Shown here piece after piece: positions 38,601 to 45,912 of a stretch of DNA of 64,000 nt. How positions within the stretch are numbered: position 1 is the stretch's first letter; each line of letters starts with the position of its first letter. Below the pieces are notes generated by a model. It did no database searches and was not told the origin of the DNA. It saw only the letters and a program-made list of their open reading frames with translations. Source of the DNA: Burkholderiales bacterium (GTDB taxonomy: Bacteria > Pseudomonadota > Gammaproteobacteria > Burkholderiales > Burkholderiaceae_C); contig JAFKGD010000015.1 of the NCBI GenBank assembly GCA_017307855.1, positions 33,496 to 97,495 on the forward strand. The letters run 5' to 3'. The position numbers and the translations under genes are program-made.

Positions 38601-38614
38601 GTTCCGTTCTTCAT
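32642..38614 (-). CDS. Bacterial alpha-2-macroglobulin family protein (YfhM/ECAM-like, thioester-containing)
   Basis: Start re-set to MKNGTRNTTTGWIARAIVGTALAAGWPAWA, with RBS AAGGAGAAG (1990 aa). The thioester motif C-L-E-Q (YPYTCLEQQTS) is encoded at 34121-34132. It has the classical pairing with pbpC. Confidence 0.9.
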   Translation of the reverse strand: MKNGTRNTTTGWIARAIVGTALAAGWPAWALQVTGVTPQGEVAQVRQVTVRFDSAAVAFGDPAAAAPATVSCSDAQASRGSGRWLDDRRWVWDFTADLPPGVRCTVATRSGFAAPQGGALASGQWRFQTGGPAVRQLRPGSWQPLDEEQFFVMQLTGPATTASVAANVWCEMEGLGERIPVRMIDGAQRSDLLKSLNLDKAAATDPLRIATFACNRRLTPSAKVQVVYGRGVATPSGVVNAVERRFDFTVREPFALEFSCERENAEAACLPIRPLRLSFNAPVERRLAAAIVLKGPQGSVKPKFDNEGEDDALVNGVRFEAPFAESARYTVELPSGFKDAAGRAARNAGNFPLPVATGVMPPLAKFAAAPFGIVERLAEPDGAMVLPVTLRKVEGTPAEPGKVSVLQLKDDADIIAWQRRLQRYDDFEVSRKQAARDVQGPLPAPLTKEEREWVQSRMLSLLAGKSGVRTLELPRGQGGDPRPFEVVGIPLSPGFHVVEIASPRLGAALLDAQHGAARTMYVRSSALVTNLGVHFKLGRENAMAWVTTLDAGKPVAGAQVRVSSCDGRELARGTTDARGLVELAGLSSQPPTCKEEGEYRDAYFVSARAPGRAPDGSAVQDIAFTWSDWHRGIEPWRFDLPTNSAPQPDVRMHTVFDRTLLRAGETVSMKHFIRTETRTGFALPRERPTQVEIRHTGSGQLYRQPLTWRTTGSGGLSAESEFAIPPAARLGVYRVTMQLGNDTQDSGEFRVEEFRLPVLQGRVAPAGKEALIAPTRVPAQVQVSYVAGGAATNLPVRVSALVRERRPDFRDFDSFSFAPPRNATPAAGTEGEEEEAAPQDERVVADKLPLTLDRNGTGQVTIEPLPAARAPRELVLEATYADPNGELQTLRSVSTVWPAGVVAGIRAESWVSSGRKLKFQALALDHAGKPREGVSLAVKAVARITTTSRKRMVGGFYSYDNKTELKDLGEVCSGKSDSRGLLLCETSLAQAGEVELVATAKDGAGRASEAASSVWVTRQGELWFGGQNNDRIDVLPEKKSYEPGETARFQVRMPFRFATALVAVEREGIVETHVMQLNGQDPTVSLKVGENWGPNTFVSVLALRGRLRDVPWYSFFTWGYKAPREWWTAFWVEGREYVAPTALVDLSKPAFRLGVAEIRVGTRAHKLDVAVKADRESYTVRGQAQVTISVKKPDGTPAGGAEVALAAVDQALLELMPNDSWNLLDAMLQRRSWGVETSTAQMEIIGRRHYGRKAVAPGGGGGRSPTRELLDTLLLWNPRVVLDAQGQAKVTVPLNDALTTFRIVAVADAGADLFGTGEARIRATQDLQIISGLPPLVREDDAFRAQFTLRNTTSRAMKVEVAPRATLLQLPARTVDIPAGEAREVTWDVKAPAQLAFTRAESLLWEIEARETSGSAGARDALKATQRIVPAVPLTVRQATLAQVDGSFSIDVASPAGALADNGVARGGLRLSLQPRLAEGLPGVRDWFARYPYTCLEQQTSRAIGLGDATLWRRVAGLMPGYLDSDGLPSYFPPREGEGARGSDTLAAYLLSATHEAAALDPAFALPDAVRSELERGLIAFVEGRVKRDFWSPRADLDVRKIAAIAALARTGAATPRLLQSVTLAPNQWPTHAVIDWHDILQRMPDAPRRAERLAEATQILRARLTYQGTRMSFSTERDDAWWWLMQGPDVNAARLLLSVMDDPAWKDDMGRLAAGFIARQQNGAWHTTTANLWGNLALRQFSAKFESQPVAGTTRAQLGSGTAAVDWARVERVKPADANTTQGAPHQGTAIGAPAAVGMLRNNAMTLPWPAPGAAQPLVVTHQGSGRPWLTLQALAAVPLTSPVAAGYRITRTVTPVEQATAGRYTRGDVLRITLEVDAQADMSWVVVSDPVPGGATVLGSGLGRDSQIATRGEQRDRGVAWPAFEERGFEAFRTYYEYLPKGKAKIEYTVRLNNVGDFALPPTRAEALYAPDVYGEIPNARIKVEPAP

Positions 38615-38758
38615 GACTTCTCCTTGCCCCCTGATCGTCGCCGGGCTTGATGACGCGTCGCCAGGCCCGTTGGAAACAATTTGTAGGACAAACGCAGCGG
38701 GACGATCAGGCGGCCGGCCCACATTCTCGCCACCGCGAATCACCGTACTGTCGCCAGC

Positions 38759-40051
38759 ATGAACCGCCGTTGGGAATTCGATGCGCTGCGCGGCCTGATG
38801 CTGGTGCTGATGACCTTCACGCACCTGCCCTCGCGCCTGAGTTCGCCGCTGGGCCAGCCGTTCGGCTTCGTCTCGGCGGCCGAAGGCTTCGTGCTGCTCT
38901 CGGCGGTGATGGCGGGGATGATCTACGGCCGCATGGCGCGGCGCGACGGCATCGAGGCGATGGAGCGCGCGTTCTGGAAGCGCGCCCTCAAGGTCTACCT
39001 GTGCCAGCTGGCGCTGATGCTGTTCCTGTTCACGGTGGTGGCCATGCTGGGCCTGGCGCGCGGCGAGCCGGCGGTGACCAACCTGATGTCGTTCTACCTG
39101 CAGCATCCGGTGCTGGCGCTGCCGGCGGCTGCGCTGCTGGTCTACCAGCCGGCGCTGATGGACATCCTGCCCATGTATGTGCTGTTCATGCTGGCCAGTC
39201 CGTGGGTCATGGCCTGGGGCCTGCGGCGTGGCTGGGGTCCGGTGATGGCGCTGAGCGTGGGCCTTTGGGTGGTGGCGCAGTTCGGTGTCGAGATGCGGCT
39301 GCACGGCCTGCTCGAACACCATTTGGCTTTCCCGGTGCCCTGGCGGGACACCGGCGCATTTTCATTGATGGCGTGGCAGTTCCTGTGGGTGATGGGGCTG
39401 TGGCTGGGCGCGGGCCGCCAGCCCCATTCGCCACCGCACCTGCGCTTTCCGTCCTGGGCGGTCACCCTGGCGGTGATGCTGGCGCTGGTCGGGCTGGCCT
39501 GGCGCCACACCATGGGGCAGGCGCCGTTCGGCGCCAACGTCGCGCTCAACATGGTGTTCGACAAATGGCAGCTGGCACCCATGCGCGTGCTCAACCTGTT
39601 CGCGCTGATCGTGGTGGTTCTGCGTTTCGGACCCTGGCTGGCCGCGCGCATGCCGCGCCTGCGGTGGCTGGAAACGCTGGGCATGGCATCGCTGCCGGTG
39701 TTCTGCGCCCACCTGGTCGTGGTGCTGCTGGTGCTCTCGATCTGGGGTGGCAGTCCGACGGCGCGGCCGGTGTGGGGCGACGTGCTGCTGGTGGCGGGCT
39801 GCTTCGGCATCCTGTATGCCGTGGCGCGCATCTCGGTGGCGCTGGACCGCCTGCCGCCGCGCGGCAAGGGCGGCCGGCCGGCGGCCCCGTTCAGCGCGCG
39901 GCCGTCGCCGTCACCGCATGCGCCGGTGCCTGTGCAGGCGCCGACGGCAGCGGCCGCGTCGATGCCGACGTCGTCAGCACGGCCGGCACCGCTGTCGCCG
40001 CCGTCACCGCCGCTGGGGCCGGTGCCCCCGGTGCCACCGGCACCCCTGTGA
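38759..40051 (+). CDS. OpgC-like / acyltransferase-3-like membrane protein with a Pro/Ala-rich tail
   Basis: 430 aa. MNRRWEFDALRGLMLVLMTFTHLP and about 10 TM segments. The last ~70 aa are low-complexity Pro/Ala/Ser. Confidence 0.65.
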   Translation: MNRRWEFDALRGLMLVLMTFTHLPSRLSSPLGQPFGFVSAAEGFVLLSAVMAGMIYGRMARRDGIEAMERAFWKRALKVYLCQLALMLFLFTVVAMLGLARGEPAVTNLMSFYLQHPVLALPAAALLVYQPALMDILPMYVLFMLASPWVMAWGLRRGWGPVMALSVGLWVVAQFGVEMRLHGLLEHHLAFPVPWRDTGAFSLMAWQFLWVMGLWLGAGRQPHSPPHLRFPSWAVTLAVMLALVGLAWRHTMGQAPFGANVALNMVFDKWQLAPMRVLNLFALIVVVLRFGPWLAARMPRLRWLETLGMASLPVFCAHLVVVLLVLSIWGGSPTARPVWGDVLLVAGCFGILYAVARISVALDRLPPRGKGGRPAAPFSARPSPSPHAPVPVQAPTAAAASMPTSSARPAPLSPPSPPLGPVPPVPPAPL

Positions 40052-40781
40052 GGCGGGCGGCGATGATCGATTGCCAGAGCTGGTAGCCGGTCTCGTTGAG
40101 GTGCAGCCGATCACCCAGGAACAACTCGGGCCGCGGTGTGCCCTCGGCGGTCATCATGGGCGTGAAGATGTCGATATAGCCCGCGTTGGGCAGGCTCTGC
40201 ACGTAGGCGCCGATCAGCGCGTTGGTCTCGCGGGCCTTCTCGAGCAAGCCGACACGCGAGGGGCTGGGCTTGATCGAGATGTAGTCGATGCGCACGCCAG
40301 GCAGCTCGGCGCGCACCGTGCCGACAAATTCGCGGAAGCTCTCCAGCACTTGGGCCGGCGTGCGGCCCTCGGCGAGGTCGTTGTCGCCTGCATAAACCAG
40401 CACCTGGCTGGGCTGGTAGCGCACCACGAGGTCGCGCGCGAAACGGTTGCAGTCGGCCATGGTGGACCCGCCGAAGCCGCGGTTGATGACCACCGGCAGC
40501 TGGCGGAAGTCCTGCGCCAGCGTGGTCCACATGCGGATCGTGGAGCTGCCCACGAAGAGCGTGCCTTGCTTGGCCGGGGCCTTCTCGAGATCGGCCCTGG
40601 CAAAGGCATCGAAGCTGGCCTGCCACTGCCCGTAAGACACCTTCACGGGCGTGGCCGGCGCCGCCTGGGCCGGCGCGGCGGCCGGCGTTGCCGGTGTCAG
40701 CTGGGCGTGGGATGAGGACGCGCCGGCGAGCAGGACGGCAGCGATCAGCGATGTCAGACGATGGCTTGCGGTGGCGGGCAT
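39891..40781 (-). CDS. SGNH/GDSL-family hydrolase (secreted)
   Basis: Start re-set to MPATASHRLTSLIAAVLLAGASSSHA (signal peptide). Blocks FVGSSTI, RGFGGST, YAGDNDL and DRLHLN. Ala/Pro/Thr-rich C-terminal tail. Confidence 0.8.
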   Translation of the reverse strand: MPATASHRLTSLIAAVLLAGASSSHAQLTPATPAAAPAQAAPATPVKVSYGQWQASFDAFARADLEKAPAKQGTLFVGSSTIRMWTTLAQDFRQLPVVINRGFGGSTMADCNRFARDLVVRYQPSQVLVYAGDNDLAEGRTPAQVLESFREFVGTVRAELPGVRIDYISIKPSPSRVGLLEKARETNALIGAYVQSLPNAGYIDIFTPMMTAEGTPRPELFLGDRLHLNETGYQLWQSIIAARLTGVPVAPGAPAPAAVTAATAVPAVLTTSASTRPLPSAPAQAPAHAVTATAAR

Positions 40782-40895
40782 GGCGTGAATGTTCAGGCAA
40801 ACCGCGGCGCGAAGTTGTGACATCGGCGGTAGGCGGGACGACTCAAGGGTTTTCCCGTAGTGTCGTCGCCACGCACTGCTGCTTTTCTGCCACCG

Positions 40896-42380
40896 TCAGC
40901 CCGTTTTCACGGGCACGAAGATCCGGTCGTCGCCGCGCTGGATCAGGAGGGCCACCGATTTTCCGGCCTTGGCCACCACCTGGCGAACCTCGTCAACGCT
41001 GGTGACGGGCGTGCCGTTGACGGCCAGCAGCACATCGCCGGCCTGCACGCCCGCGCGCGCCGCCGCGCCGCCGGCCTGCTGGATGAGCAGGCCCGTGTCC
41101 ACACCCGCCTGCTGGCGCTCGGCCGGGCGCAGCGCGCGCAGCGCCAGGCCCAGCTTGCCCTGCGGTGTGTCGGCGCCGGCCTGGGCCACTTCGGTGGCCG
41201 CGTCGTCGGCGCGCACCAGCTTTGCCGACAGCGTCCTGGACTCGCCCTTGCGCCACACCTCCATGGCCAGCTTGTCGCCGGGCTTGGACATGCTCACGAT
41301 GGCGGGCAGATCGGCCGACGAGACGATGCGCTGGCCATTGGCCGTGCGGATCACGTCTCCGGGCTGCAGGCCAGCGGCCTCGGCCGGGCCGTCCTTCTGC
41401 ACGCTGGAGACCAGCGCGCCTTCGGGCGATGGCAGCTTGAACGAGTCAGCCAGGCTCTGGTTGACCTCCTGCACCGCCACGCCCAGCCGCGCGTGCTGGG
41501 CGCTGCCGGTGGCGACGATCTGGTCCTTGATCTTCACGGCCAGGTCGATCGGAATCGAGAACGACACGCCCTGGTAGCCGCCGGTGCGGCTGTAGATCTG
41601 CGAATTGATGCCCACCACTTCGCCACGCGCATTGAACAGCGGGCCGCCCGAGTTGCCGGGGTTCACGGCCACGTCGGTCTGGATGAAGGGCACCGTGCTG
41701 TCGTCAGGCAGCGAGCGGTTCTTGGCGCTCACCACGCCGGCCGTCACGGTGTTCTCGAAGCCGAAGGGCGAGCCGATGGCGGCCACCCATTCGCCCACGC
41801 GCAGGTCGGCCGTGCGGCCCAGGCTCACCACGGGCAGGTTGCGTGCATCGATCTTGAGCACGGCGATGTCGGTGCGCGGATCCATGCCGAGCACCTTGGC
41901 GGCCAGTTCGCGGCGATCGGTGAGCTTCACGGTGACTTCCTTGGCGCCGCGCACCACGTGCGCGTTGGTCAGGATCAGGCCGTCGGCCGAAATGATGAAG
42001 CCCGAACCCATGCCGCGCGTGGGCACGTCCTGCTGCGGCACGGCGCGCCGGCCCTGCTGCTGTTGCTGCTGGAAGCGGCGGAAGAACTCGAAGAACGGAT
42101 CGTTGCCGAAGGGGTTGTCGTCGCCTTGCGCCACTGCCTCGTCCGCATCGGCGCGCGCGGTGCCCACCACGCTGATGTTGACCACGGCCGGGCCGTAGCG
42201 TTCGGTGATGGTGGAGAAATCGGGCGCCGATACCGGCGAAGGCGGCGCGCTGGACACAGGCGCGAGCGGCGCGGCGCCCACGGTGCCGGTGTGGATGAGG
42301 GAGGCACCCGCGCCGCCGAGGACGCCGGCGGTGACGAGGGCCAGGACGAGGCGCGAGGCCTTGAGCGAGACGGTGTTCAT
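40896..42380 (-). CDS. Periplasmic serine endoprotease DegP/MucD (HtrA family, two PDZ domains)
   Basis: Start re-set to MNTVSLKASRLVLALV, with RBS GGAGAG. Motifs TNAHVV and NPGNSGGPLF, followed by two PDZ-like regions. Confidence 0.9.
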   Translation of the reverse strand: MNTVSLKASRLVLALVTAGVLGGAGASLIHTGTVGAAPLAPVSSAPPSPVSAPDFSTITERYGPAVVNISVVGTARADADEAVAQGDDNPFGNDPFFEFFRRFQQQQQQGRRAVPQQDVPTRGMGSGFIISADGLILTNAHVVRGAKEVTVKLTDRRELAAKVLGMDPRTDIAVLKIDARNLPVVSLGRTADLRVGEWVAAIGSPFGFENTVTAGVVSAKNRSLPDDSTVPFIQTDVAVNPGNSGGPLFNARGEVVGINSQIYSRTGGYQGVSFSIPIDLAVKIKDQIVATGSAQHARLGVAVQEVNQSLADSFKLPSPEGALVSSVQKDGPAEAAGLQPGDVIRTANGQRIVSSADLPAIVSMSKPGDKLAMEVWRKGESRTLSAKLVRADDAATEVAQAGADTPQGKLGLALRALRPAERQQAGVDTGLLIQQAGGAAARAGVQAGDVLLAVNGTPVTSVDEVRQVVAKAGKSVALLIQRGDDRIFVPVKTG

Positions 42381-42441
42381 GGATGACTCTCCGTTGCAGG
42401 GACTGGGGATCAGTCGATGGAGAGAACTATGCGGCGCCGGT

Positions 42442-42458
42442 CTTAGCGCGGGCTTAAG
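42442..42458. promoter_or_regulatory. Candidate OmpR/PmrA-type response-regulator box CTTAGC-N5-CTTAAG
   Basis: Hexamer direct repeat with 11-bp period, 62-78 bp upstream of the degP-like start (42380). Resembles the box at 44593-44609. Both are adjacent to TAAGACGC. Confidence 0.4.
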
Positions 42459-42483
42459 ACGCCGCGTGCGCGACGCAGGGTGC

Positions 42484-43854
42484 TCAGCCCTCGCGAAGCG
42501 GCAGCCGCACTTCGGCACGCAGCCCGCCCAGGCGCTGAGACGTGCCGAGCGATAGCACGCCCCCGTGGCGCGCTGCCACGGCCTGCACGATGGCCAGGCC
42601 CAGGCCGCTGCCACCGGCGTTGCCCGTGTCGTTGCCGCGCACGAAGCGGCCGGGCACACGTTCGCGCTCGGCCGGCGCGATGCCGGGGCCGCTGTCTTCC
42701 ACGGCCAGCACGGCCGAGCCGCCCGCGGCGGACACCGATACGTCGACGCGGCCCGACTCGGGCGTGTACTTGATCGCGTTGTCCAGCAGGTTGCGCAGCA
42801 ACGCGCGCAGGGCTTCGGGCTGGCCGCGCACGATCACCGGCGCGGCGCTACCGTCCTCGCCTTCGCCGGCCACGCCCAGATCGATGTCGCGGGCCTGTGC
42901 GTGCGGCAGCACGTCGGCGATGGCCAGGCGCATCACGTCCTGCAGCACCACGTCGGCCTGCGCCGCCTCGGTGCCGCCGGCCTCGGCGCGGGCCAGCGCA
43001 AGCAGTTGCTCGACGAGGTGGATCGCGCGGGCGATTCCCTGGTCGAGCCGCGCGAGCGCAGCCCCGTGCGCGGCCGGGTCGCCCGCCACGTCGCTGCGGC
43101 GCAACGCCTGCGCCTGCAGCTTGAGCGCGGTGAGCGGTGAGCGCAGTTCATGGGCGGCGTCGGCGACGAAGGCCTGCTGCGTTTCGAACGCCGCCTTGAC
43201 GCGCGTGAACAGCAGGTTGAGCTCGCCCACGAGCGGTCGCACCTCGTCGGGCAGGTCTGTGTCGGCCAGCGGCGAGAAGTCGCCCGCCGCGCGCCCGGCC
43301 ACCTGGCGCCGCGCGCGATCGATGGGCGCGAGCGATGCGCTGATCACCCACCACACCACCATCATCAACAGCGGTGCCATCAGCACGACGGGCAGCACCG
43401 CGCGCAGGGCCAGAGCGCGGGCGCGGGCATTGCGCGCGCTCATGTCCTGCGCGATCTGCACGGTCTGCACGGGCGTCTGCACGGTGTAGACGCGGTAGCT
43501 CGTTCCCTGCACTGTCACGTCGGAGAAGCCGAGCACGGCGCTTTGCGGCAGGTCGGAGCGCGGCGAGCGGAACAGCTGCACGCCATCCGGCCCCCAGATC
43601 TGGATCTCGAAATCCATCTCGGGCCCGCCGTCCTCGGGCGGCAGCAGCGGCGGCGGCCCGCCCGGGCGCATGGCGTGCGCCATCTGCCGCAGGTGCAGGT
43701 CGAACATCTGGTCGGCCTGACGCACGGCCCCCCGGTAGGCGCCAGCGCCCTGCAGCAGCGCGAAGAAGGCGATGGCCAGCAGCAGGAAAACGAGCAAGCG
43801 CCGCCGCAGCGAGTGCGGTCGGGCGTCGGAGGCGGGCGCGGTGGCGGCGTCCAT
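42484..43854 (-). CDS. Two-component sensor histidine kinase (QseC/PmrB-like)
   Basis: Start re-set to MDAATAPASDARPHSLRRRLLVFLLLAIAFFALL. H-box AAHELRSPLTAL, N-box LLDNAIKYT, G-boxes EDSGPGI and GSGLGLAIV. Its start overlaps the RR stop by 1 nt. Confidence 0.9.
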   Translation of the reverse strand: MDAATAPASDARPHSLRRRLLVFLLLAIAFFALLQGAGAYRGAVRQADQMFDLHLRQMAHAMRPGGPPPLLPPEDGGPEMDFEIQIWGPDGVQLFRSPRSDLPQSAVLGFSDVTVQGTSYRVYTVQTPVQTVQIAQDMSARNARARALALRAVLPVVLMAPLLMMVVWWVISASLAPIDRARRQVAGRAAGDFSPLADTDLPDEVRPLVGELNLLFTRVKAAFETQQAFVADAAHELRSPLTALKLQAQALRRSDVAGDPAAHGAALARLDQGIARAIHLVEQLLALARAEAGGTEAAQADVVLQDVMRLAIADVLPHAQARDIDLGVAGEGEDGSAAPVIVRGQPEALRALLRNLLDNAIKYTPESGRVDVSVSAAGGSAVLAVEDSGPGIAPAERERVPGRFVRGNDTGNAGGSGLGLAIVQAVAARHGGVLSLGTSQRLGGLRAEVRLPLREG

Positions 43855-44510
43855 CAGCGCGGCACCAGATAGCCGAGGCCGCGCACGGTCTGCACCAGAT
43901 CGGCCCCGAGTTTCTTGCGAACGCCGTGGATGTAGACCTCGACGGCATTGCTGCTGACCTCGTCCTTCCAGCTGAAGAGCTTCTCTTCGAGCTGGGCGCG
44001 CGAGAACACGACGCCCGGGCGCGCGATCAGCGGCTCCAGCACGGCCCACTCGCGGGCCGACAGGGTGACGGGCCTGCCATCCTGCGAGGCCTCGCGCGTG
44101 GCCGGGTTGAGCGTGACGCCGCGATGCGAATAGACGGGTTGCGCCTGCCCTTCGGCGCGCCGCAGCAACGCGCGGATGCGGGCCAGCAGTTCGTCGGTGT
44201 CGTACGGCTTGACCACGTAGTCGTCGGCCCCGGCGTCGAGCCCGGCCACGCGATCGGCCACGGCGTCGCGCGCGGTGGCCAGCAGAACGGGCGTGCGCAC
44301 GCCGCGCTGACGCAGGCTGCGCAGTACGGCCAGGCCATCGCGGCGGGGCAGGCCCAGATCGAGCAGCACGAGGTCGTACTGGCTGTCGGCCAGGGCGGAT
44401 TCGGCCAGCTCGCCATCGCGCACCCAGTCCACGGCGTAGTGCGCGGCGCGCAGCACGTCGAGCACGGCTTCGCCGATCATGGAGTCGTCTTCGACAAGGA
44501 GCAGGCGCAT
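43854..44510 (-). CDS. OmpR-family response regulator (QseB/PmrA-like)
   Basis: Start re-set to MRLLLVEDDSMIGEAV. Receiver D (LVLLDLGLP) and K (VVKP), with a C-terminal wHTH (VRGLGYLV). Confidence 0.92.
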   Translation of the reverse strand: MRLLLVEDDSMIGEAVLDVLRAAHYAVDWVRDGELAESALADSQYDLVLLDLGLPRRDGLAVLRSLRQRGVRTPVLLATARDAVADRVAGLDAGADDYVVKPYDTDELLARIRALLRRAEGQAQPVYSHRGVTLNPATREASQDGRPVTLSAREWAVLEPLIARPGVVFSRAQLEEKLFSWKDEVSSNAVEVYIHGVRKKLGADLVQTVRGLGYLVPR

Positions 44511-44592
44511 GGCGGGTGGTGTTGGGGCGGATCTCGCGCCGCCGCCGGGCGATGCGGATCGCTTCGATGATAAGACGCGCCCTGCGGCGGGC

Positions 44593-44609
44593 CTTAGGGC
44601 AGCCTTAGG
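44593..44609. promoter_or_regulatory. Candidate response-regulator box CTTAGG-N5-CTTAGG
   Basis: Perfect hexamer direct repeat with 11-bp period (CCTTAGGG occurs twice). Lies in the divergent promoter region between the RR gene (start 44510) and the glycine-zipper gene (start 44733). Confidence 0.5.
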
Positions 44610-44732
44610 GTCGGCGCAGTGTTTTCCATGTGCGGTATCTCCTACGGACAGACGGGACCACCGGGCCTGCCGGGTTTTCCGAGCGCGCCGCACACTGGAC
44701 TGATACACATCAGAACCGAAGGACTTGCACTC

Positions 44733-45836
44733 ATGGACACCCGATTCTCATGGCGTGGCTGGCTCGTGCCGGCCATGACCGCCCTCATGCTGGGATTCCT
44801 CCAGCCGGCCGCAGCGCAGCAGCCCGCAGCGCCCGGAGCGGCGCCGGTGACATCCCGCATTGATGGCTTCGACGTCGAGCCGATCAGCCAGGCCGGTGCC
44901 GGCCGCGAGCTTCTGTTCACGCTGTACGGTAGCCCAGGCGGCGTGGCCCGCGTGCAGATTTCGGGCGCCACGGGCGCGCTGTTGATGGAAGAACTCGAAC
45001 CCGGTCTGTACGAGGGTATCTACACCATCCGCGCCCGCGACAAGATCACCGCCGCCAGCCAGACCACGGTGAACCTGCGCCAGGGCAACCAGGTTGCCAC
45101 GGCCGTGCTGGACGAGCCGCTGATCGGCACACCGCGCGCCTCGCGTGCCCTGCCCACCTCCACGCGTGTGCGCGTCGACCGGTTTGCCATTGAGCAGCCG
45201 CAGTCGCTCTCGGCTGGCAATGAGTTGCGCTTTACGCTGACCGGCACGCCGGACGCCGTCGCCAGCGTGCGTCTGGCAGGCGTGCGCGGCAAAGTAGATC
45301 TGAATGAAGTGCGCCGGGGCGTCTACCAGGGTGCCTACGTGATCAAGCAGCGTGACCGCGTCGTGTCGTCCACTGCCATCACGCCGTACCTGCGCCAGGG
45401 CACGCAGCAGACCGCGCTGGCAGGTCAGACGCTCGGTGTGGCCGTTTCGCAGCAGGCGGCCGTGCGCCCGGTGGCGCCTCCGCCCCCGCCGGCCGTGTGC
45501 AACCTGTGTGGCGTGGTGGAAGCCGTGAATCCGGTGCAGGTACAGGGTGAAGGCTCGCTGGTGGGCAAGATCGGAGGCGGCGTCGCGGGTGCGGTGATCG
45601 GCAGCCAGATCGGCAAGGGCGACGGCCGCAAGCTCGCGCAGATCGCGGGCGTGGTCGGTGGCGCAGTGGCTGGCAACGAGATCGAGAAGCGCATGCGCGC
45701 CGCCACGCACTACGAGGTGGTGGTGCGGCTGGACAACGGAGGCTCGCAGACGGTGCAGTTTGCCACCCAGCCCGAGGTGCGCATCGGCACGCGGGTGCGG
45801 GTGGAAGAAAACGGCGCCACGCTGCGTCTGATCTGA
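44733..45836 (+). CDS. Glycine-zipper 2TM (SlyB/17-kDa antigen-like) envelope protein with a duplicated N-terminal domain
   Basis: Start re-set to MDTRFSWRGWLVPAMTALMLGFLQPAAAQ. Two ~90-aa internal repeats (RIDGFDVEP...VNLRQGNQ and RVDRFAIEQ...PYLRQGTQ). C-x-x-CG followed by the glycine zipper GGGVAGAVIGSQIGKG...GVVGGAVAG. Confidence 0.8.
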   Translation: MDTRFSWRGWLVPAMTALMLGFLQPAAAQQPAAPGAAPVTSRIDGFDVEPISQAGAGRELLFTLYGSPGGVARVQISGATGALLMEELEPGLYEGIYTIRARDKITAASQTTVNLRQGNQVATAVLDEPLIGTPRASRALPTSTRVRVDRFAIEQPQSLSAGNELRFTLTGTPDAVASVRLAGVRGKVDLNEVRRGVYQGAYVIKQRDRVVSSTAITPYLRQGTQQTALAGQTLGVAVSQQAAVRPVAPPPPPAVCNLCGVVEAVNPVQVQGEGSLVGKIGGGVAGAVIGSQIGKGDGRKLAQIAGVVGGAVAGNEIEKRMRAATHYEVVVRLDNGGSQTVQFATQPEVRIGTRVRVEENGATLRLI

Positions 45837-45854
45837 TCCGAGTGACGTGAAACG

Positions 45855-45889
45855 ACGACGCCCGGCCGCGTGAGCGCGCCGGGCGTCGT
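45855..45889. terminator. Bidirectional intrinsic-terminator-like hairpin
   Basis: acgacgcccggc (45855-45866) pairs perfectly with gccgggcgtcgt (45878-45889). Lies between the convergent glycine-zipper and gdhA genes, flanked by aa and tt. Confidence 0.6.
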
Positions 45890-45912
45890 TGCCTCTGCGT
45901 TGCCTTCGTCGT

